DNA of 64,000 nucleotides. Source: Octopus vulgaris (lineage: Eukaryota). Of this stretch, positions 56,756 to 64,000 are shown piece after piece. The notes under the pieces were generated by a model. It searched no databases. It had not been told where the DNA came from and saw nothing but the letters and a program-made list of their open reading frames with translations. Within the stretch, counting starts at the first letter, position 1, and each line of letters opens with the position of its first letter. The position numbers were made by a program, and so were the translations under genes. The DNA is taken from assembly GCA_951406725.2 (NCBI GenBank), contig OX597816.1:146506001-146570000 (forward strand). The letters run 5' to 3'.

Positions 56756-57021
56756 ATATGCATGTATGTATATACGTATATTCCAGGATTATTAGGACAC
56801 GCTTATAGATACTGTTATATTGCAAGACGTACATTTAAGTCCCAATATTTTACTGCATTGCACATTAGCAAATATAATCCAACCAATATATATGGATTTT
56901 AAACACACCTCTAAACGATCATTATCATAAAGATGGAAAAAATTCCTCTCTCTACCATCAGAAATTTTTGTAAAATATATATATCGAGTTCTCTAATGAT
57001 GCACTGTTAATCTCTTGTGTG

Positions 57022-57054
<33 letters not shown>

Positions 57055-57565
57055 TGTTTCTGTATTGATTTGTACATTCATACAAATTACGCTATAAACT
57101 GCGGTAATTGTCCTCAAAAATTATGTCTATAAGTCGAACAATACTAAAAAAACACAAATCACAATCACGTGACACTATATTCCTACCACCAGCGCTGATG
57201 AAATTATTCTGCCCAAATAATCTCTACCTCTTAGCTCTATTCGCCCATACGATATGATTTCCCAGAATGGTTACTGGTGTTTGAGGCGTTTACAAAGCAC
57301 ATCCAAATTAAGCTGGCTGTAAAAATTGATATTCGTTACAAAGATTGCTTTCCGGCGTTTATGGTTATATTACACTCAGCCCACCACTTTCTTGCAACAT
57401 CGTTGATTGTTTAATCAGTATTAAAGTATATTGGTTTGATGTGATTTCAGCCAAGTCTTCGGTGTTTAGGTGACTATTGCAGATAATGCGAAATTACGCT
57501 AACATCATGTGATAAAATAAACCTGACACTCTCTGTCCCAGTAAAATTTGTACTTTTATATATGC

Positions 57566-57616
<51 letters not shown>

Positions 57617-57660
57617 GATTTCTTCAGTTTATCTCACAGATTATTAATTGTATTTGTTAT

Positions 57661-58011
57661 GGAGGCGCAATGTCCCAGTGGTTAGGGCAGCGGACTCGCG
57701 GTCGTAGGATCGCGGTTTCGATTCCCAGACCGGGCGTTGTGAGTGTTTATTGAGCGAAAACACCTAGAACTCCACGAGGCTCCGGCAGGGGATGGTGGTG
57801 ATCCCTGCTGTACTCTTTCACCACAACTTTCACTCACTCTTACTTCCTGTTTCTGTTGTACCTGTATTTCAAAGGGCCGGCCTTGTCACTCTCTGTGTCA
57901 CGCTGAATATTCCCCGAGAACTACGGTAAGGGTACACGTGTCTGTGGAGTGCTCAGCCACTTACACGTTAATTTCACGAGCAGGCTGTTCCGTTGATCGG
58001 ATCAACTGGAA
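57661..58011 (+). mobile_element. SINE family D (tRNA-derived, GC-rich, probably young)
   Basis: ggaggcgcaatgtcccagtggttaggg A box, ggtttcgattccc B box, ~350-bp CpG-retaining body. Confidence 0.85.
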
Positions 58012-59111
58012 TTTTAAAAATCAACGTTGTGTATTCATCTGAAGAATGCTACTGCTCTATGCGATTGTAATCGAAGAGGAACAAACTCCGAGTCATCCCT
58101 ACTTAATGTCAACACCCTGTTCTATTTTATTTTTGTTTATTTCCCGTGTTGCATATGACACGTTTTTGTTTGGCTTTTTCATCGCCGCTTTGTACATTTG
58201 CATTTACACCACTTATACAAAATTGCATAAATTATATTTTCGTTCTCAATTTCATTCATGGATATATACGCACTTTCAATATATCTCACTTTAGCATATA
58301 TCTAAAATAGAATTGGAAGAAAGTCTATAAACATACACTAAACACACTCTACCTCCATAAAACAGGAAGTTTCAATTCCCAAATACCTATCTATATACCT
58401 AGAGAGAAACAAATATATATATACAGCCTCTATTCAAATAGTTTTGGGAACATCAAATAACTAGAGAAGCAATTTTCTATAGTAACAAAGCCATGACATA
58501 CCTAACCCCAAACTTACACATGAAAATAGGAAACGCTCTCAATAACAAATAAAAACAGGGCCAGCCTAAAATTACCACCTGACTACATTCATTGTGAAAA
58601 AAGTTACGAATCCCATTTATTGAGAGGGTAAATACATGACTTTCTACGTTTGACATGCATATTCTCAACGCCAGATGATCAAATCCAATGATACCAAAAG
58701 CAACAGAATTACTGTAACACCTTGTGCCTACCTAACAAAAGATAAAGGCCTACAGGCTTGTTTACAAAATTCGACATGCATGAAAACATTCTGAACAATA
58801 ACGCAACCACAAATGTAATCAATAAAAACCTTTTCAAAGCAAACATTCCTACAAACCTAATTACCACTCCACTAAAACCCATAAAGCAAAAGACGATTTT
58901 TAACTCACCAGCGACTGTATGAAGGCAACACAAACTCCAATGCATTCGACGATGGCTGAAACTGTGAAGTCACTTTAAAAAAAAAACTTTTATATGAGTA
59001 ATATCTAATTTGTACTAAAATTATAAAGTAACCCAGCAGATTAATGAGAAATTGTTTTTATTATAACTGACAATAAAATCAGTAATATGTGTATGCGAGT
59101 ACGTGTGTACA

Positions 59112-59255
59112 GTGGGCTTTCAATTTCCGTTAACCGAATCTATTCACAAGCTATAAGGTTATACTAGAAAACAACTCATATACGGTGGGACTGAACCCCG
59201 AACCATGTGAATGGGAAGCGGACCAAGTTCCTTAGCAGACACCATGCCTACGCCT
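59112..59255 (-). mobile_element. SINE family A head, diverged
   Basis: gggcttt..atttccgt...ggtgggactgaaccc.gaaccatgtg..tgggaagc. Confidence 0.75.
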
Positions 59256-59355
59256 ATATATGTATGTGTGTCTATGTGAGTGTGTTTATGTATATGTGTG
59301 TGTGTGTGTGTATTTATCTATATCAACTTTTTCACCTATATATATAATATATATA

Positions 59356-59410
<55 letters not shown>

Positions 59411-59544
59411 ACACACATATATGGATATAAAGAGAGAGCCTATATGTATGTGCATGTATATATGTATGACAGAGTATACATATATGTATCATTCTGTTTC
59501 GTTTTTGTGTCATACGTAAATACGTACAGATACTTACATAAGCA

Positions 59545-59833
59545 AACATTTTTTATGTCCTTATGTTTGCTTATGTATTTATATAGCTTTTTCCGTAGGC
59601 TTTTCTTTCCACAGATAAACCTTATCTGCTTCTCCCTTTACACTGTACATCATGGCATCTCTGTGATACACGATCCCTAGTGATCGTTTTTATTTTTTCC
59701 GTTTTACGATCCCTTTTGGTGGAAAACCTACCCCGCATTTTTTTCTTTTCTTTTCTTTTTTTTCTCCCCGAAAAGAAAAGCTCTACTTTGTAATTTGTCC
59801 CGTCTGTGTTCAGCTGTGTGTGGCTAAAAAAGA

Positions 59834-59836
<3 letters not shown>
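59545..59836 (+). mobile_element. L1/Tx1-type LINE 3' UTR fragment ending in (TA)n
   Basis: Homologous to the reverse complement of 8990-9145 (ctgtgata.acgatcccta.tgatcg...acgatcccttttggt); ends aaagaaac followed by (AT)n. Confidence 0.7.
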
Positions 59837-59906
<70 letters not shown>

Positions 59907-60454
59907 ATGTGTGTGCCTGACTTCATGCATTATATTGGTATAATTTTAATTGCTGTGCAAATCTCTGTTGGAACGTACGTATATTATGACAGATATTGAT
60001 TTTTGAACAATTCTAGATTTTACATATCTTTTCGTCTGGCCATAATATTGATTTCCATATTGTTGGAGGAAATTGAATGGATAAATAAATTTTGTTCTGC
60101 ACCCGCATTTCATTCTAAATTATTTCTCGAAATGTCTTACGTATGGTTAGTGTATTCACTGTTATTATTTTGAAATCCTTTAGTAGTATTAGCATCAATA
60201 GATTTTCTTTGTTTTAACATAATGATCCAAGTATATGTTATCGCGCTTGTACATAATTCAAACTCTTCTTATCTGTACAAGAAAAATTATGACTGATTAG
60301 ATTTTTCATCCTAATTCCCTTCGAGCATAAATAGTATGAACTACAATAGATAATTTATGGTGATTATAATTAAATACGTACTATACATATCATATAGACT
60401 GTTCGCTTCCTAACTGCTTTTTCCTCACAATAATAATAACAATAAAACTAATAA

Positions 60455-60670
60455 TAATCCTTTCTAGTATAGGCACTAGGCTTGAAATTTCGGGGAGGGC
60501 GATATTCGATTACATCGACATCAGAGTTTCAATGGTAAGTGATTTATCGACTCCGAAAGGATGAAAGGCTCAGTCGACCTCGGCGGAATTTTGAACTCTG
60601 AACTTAGCGACGGGCGAAATACTGCTAAGCCTTTCGTCCAGCGTGCTAACGATCCTGCTAGTCCACCGAC
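60455..60670 (-). mobile_element. SINE family B
   Basis: cctttcta.tataggcac...tttatcgac.ccgaaaggatgaaaggc..agtcgacctcggcggaattt.gaactc...gtgctaacgat.ctgc.ag. Confidence 0.92.
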
Positions 60671-60967
60671 TTAATACTACTATTACTACTACTACTACTA
60701 ATAATAATAATAATAATAATAATAATTATACAATTACAAGAAGAAGAAGAAGAAGAAGATTTGCTTCGATGTTTGACCTTAAACTGTTGAGCATGTCCTT
60801 TAGTGTCTCACGATATGTGCATCTCTGATCACGAGGAGAAACACTGGGGAATATTATAGCCATGTGTTGAGAGCAATTGTTTGGAGTTTGAATAATTCAC
60901 TGTTTGAAACATAGGTGTTTCATTCAACATCCTTAAATAACCTTTATTCAAGGACAATACATATTAC

Positions 60968-61366
60968 ATGCAGTTGTTGTCGTGTGGTAAGTAGTTTGCT
61001 TCCCAACCACGTGGATCTGGTTTCAGTCCAGTTACGTGGCATCTTTGACAAGTGCCTTCTACTATAGCCGCGGGTCAACCAAAGGATTGTGAGTGGATTT
61101 GTCAGGTGGAAACTAAAAGAAGCCCGTCGTATATATGAAATATTTGTATATATGTGTGTGTCTTTGTGTCTGTATTTTTCTCCTAATACATCTTGAAAAA
61201 CGGTATTGGTGTGTTTATGATACCATAATTAGCTGTTGTTAAAAGAGACCGATAGAATAAGTACTAGACTTTAAGAAACGTCCTTGGGTCGTTTTGTTCG
61301 ACTAAAACTCTTCAAGGTGGTGCTCCAGTATGGCTGCTGTCAAATTACTGAAACAAAAGAATGAAA
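60968..61366 (+). mobile_element. SINE family A, full length, diverged
   Basis: gtgtggtaagtagtttgcttcccaaccac...ttctactatagcc...gagaccgatagaataagtacta...ctgaaacaa. Confidence 0.9.
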
Positions 61367-62865
61367 GAAAAAATACACATATAAGCACACATATATACAT
61401 ACAGAACAGACATTGACAATACAGGTGCACTCACTGACTAATGCACATATAAGTGTGTACAACGTAATAATTTTTTCAATTAAAGATAAATACATGTATA
61501 GCGTGTTTCTAATGACAATGAAACACTCTGCATATATGTGCATATAAATGCCGTTTGAATTATATATTATTATTATATATTTCAACATTACATATCCTCT
61601 ACACGTATTCTTTATTTAGACAAACCTATTGTAATATTACTTGATACTTACCTAAATATTCAAAGGTGAATGATTTTCTTGATGGCCTGAGTTAAAGAAC
61701 ACAATAGTTTAGGAGAGTTAAATAACTTTTAGTTATATACATGTTGACCTGTATTATATCAATTCACTCTTTTCTTCAACCTATATTTTTTCTAAAGTTC
61801 CTCATTAATTAGAACGTTTTATTTTAAATCTGCTCGTTGTTTCATTACAACACAAATTAATTTCATTCGTTAACTTGCAGTTTTTTGTTTGTTTGCTTTT
61901 GTATTTCATTACATTGTACTGTTTTAATTTTGGATGAAACAAATTATTTTGTAGAGGAATGTATCTCATTAAATATCGGCACATTTTCTTTTAAAATCTC
62001 GTTGAATAAATGGCTGCTCACATTTGCAATTTCCAGTTTTGTGTGCCGAAAAGATTAATGAGATTGATTTTCTCAAAAGCATATACTGCTGACTATTTTC
62101 CTCACATGTCTACTATCTCATTATTTTATACATATCCTACAATATATTTCCACTTACAATGGAGACAAACTGTCTCCATTCATTGGTTGTTTATATATTT
62201 CTGTGGATTGCATTATATCTTGTTATAGTACCCAAATAAAACAAAATATACGGTAATGCTGTTTTATAGTTGCGAGTCGCAGCTATATATTATTTTAGAA
62301 CCAAAACGTTTTTGTAGCATGTTGTTACTGTATATATATTGTACGCACTTCTTTATTATTTATGTATTTATAGAAATGAATCGATTGAAATGTAACTCTG
62401 TTATCCACTCGTTCATTAGATTTCCATTAAGCCCAAATCTGCACGCAATAAAATGTTTTGTCTTTATGAATTACTATACTTATATTTACAGGAGAATATT
62501 TGGGAATAGTGAATATTTAATAGTTCAAATCCGTGAAACATATTTCTCTATATTATTTTTTTGTAGATATTTTAATTCATAAAAAACTTTGTACCACATG
62601 AGTGTTTTTTTAACCATCGTACACTGCATGTCACCGTAATCGGGAAGCTATATTTTATATGGAAGATATATAATAATAGGGCAGACTATCATAAGTTTTG
62701 GAAATCATGTACTTTAATCTGAAAATAGGGTTTACAAGGGACTCTATGGGAAATAAATTTGTATCTCCATGAAGAAATACAATTCCGAGCATAGAATTTT
62801 TCAACAAAATTACATATTTATACATGTACATCACATAAATATATAACATTATTTACACATAGAAT

Positions 62866-63078
62866 GGCGGCGAGTTGGCAGAATCGTTAGCTCGTCGGAC
62901 GTAGCACGTAGCGACATTTCGTCCGTCTTTCCTTTCTGTGTTCAAATTTCACCGAGGCCGACTTTGCCTTTCTTCATTTCGGGGTCGATAAATTAAGTAC
63001 CAATCAAATACCGGAGCCAATATACTTGACTATTCCCCCTCCCTACAAATTTCAGGCCTTGTGACTTTAATAGAAACA
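62866..63078 (+). mobile_element. SINE family B, full length with 14-bp TSD
   Basis: Head ggcggcgagttggcagaatcgttagc; flanked by ATTATTTACACATA at 62848-62861 and 63079-63092. Confidence 0.93.
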
Positions 63079-63454
63079 ATTATTTACACATAAATACAAA
63101 TGCATATATATTTGATAGCTGTGTTAAATAACGAATAATTTCAAACGCTTTTATGAAAATATCCTCTACTGCTACTGACAGAATGTATTGTATAGAGATA
63201 GTGACTGCAGCTTCATTTTCGCGTTTTGTGACTGTACTCAAAATGTGAAGAATAGAGTGGGCTCGTAAATATTTCAGAAATCTCGTAAAGTATATATCTA
63301 GGGATGTACATGCACATGATACTCAAAGTAACATTTTCATAGATTTTTTTTGTGTGTGTGTGTGTGTTTAAACAATCTGCACATTTTATATTGTTCAAAG
63401 TTTGAATGAGCCTAGTGAAAAGGAAACTGCAGTCACAGTCAACTAATAAGTATT

Positions 63455-63596
63455 TGTCTGTATTTCACTCACAAGGCTTTGGTCTGCCAGAGGTTCTAGT
63501 AAAAAACACTTGCTCAATGTGCCACGCTGTTGGAGTGAACCCAGAAGCACGTAGCTAGGACGCAAGCTTCTTACCACACACCCAGTCCTGCGCCTA
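63455..63596 (-). mobile_element. SINE family A head
   Basis: cactcacaaggctttggtc...gtgccacgc...gcaagcttcttaccacaca. Confidence 0.88.
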
Positions 63597-63673
63597 TATA
63601 TCGATATAGATATAATATATTCCATAATATATTTCATTATAAATATGTGTATGTATGCGTGTTTGGATGTGTG

Positions 63674-63683
<10 letters not shown>

Positions 63684-63740
<57 letters not shown>

Positions 63741-63763
63741 GAACGAGAGAGAGAGAGAGAACG

Positions 63764-63809
<46 letters not shown>

Positions 63810-63810
63810 G
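63684..63810. repeat. (TA)n/(GA)n/(GATA)n microsatellite
   Basis: Direct reading. Confidence 0.95.
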
Positions 63811-64000
63811 TATGTAGAAAGATACATTGTTTGATTGCGATGAATGTCTCAAATTACAACTACTGAAGACTTTTATGTTTTTCACTATTGATAACCTGGA
63901 CGTTCAAAATTTAAATCAATATTCCTATAATCATAAGTATATGTACTGTACATAAATTACTCCTCTTGAGACATTGATACTATTGAGCCTATTCATGCAT

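Noticed and set aside
57661-57735. tRNA-like sequences (also 27701, 29558, 54580-54650)
   Set aside because: A/B boxes are present but there is no complete cloverleaf or acceptor stem, and they run into SINE bodies.
58300-58975. Possible decayed Penelope 3' region with degenerate GACGATGGCTGAAAC core; similar weak cores at 40370 and 48875
   Set aside because: Core and stems are too degenerate to support.

Overview
Eukaryotic, very AT-rich, repeat-dominated intronic/intergenic DNA. The SINE families and the dense (TA)n/(CA)n/(GATA)n/(AAT)n arrays suggest an octopus (coleoid cephalopod) genome; this is an inference. I can support no intact host gene, and almost all listed ORFs are translated microsatellites or TE antisense frames. 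Recognisable content: decayed mariner (DD34D) and maT/DD37D transposons, a decayed RTE-clade LINE, L1/Tx1-type LINE 3' ends, Penelope-like remnants, a probable Helitron helicase remnant, and about 25 copies of at least four tRNA-derived SINE families. The strongest signal is a set of minimal type I hammerhead-ribozyme-like motifs. One sits in a short element that starts with a tRNA-like Pol III head, which would make it a candidate Penelope-dependent, ribozyme-bearing SINE. Another has an unusually long stem II. Also notable: a 119-bp TG...CA element with a perfect 5-bp TSD, a ~170-bp fold-back, a 93-bp hairpin/MITE, a SINE tail shared with a LINE 3' end, and a few candidate spliced exons. All alignments and translations were done by eye.
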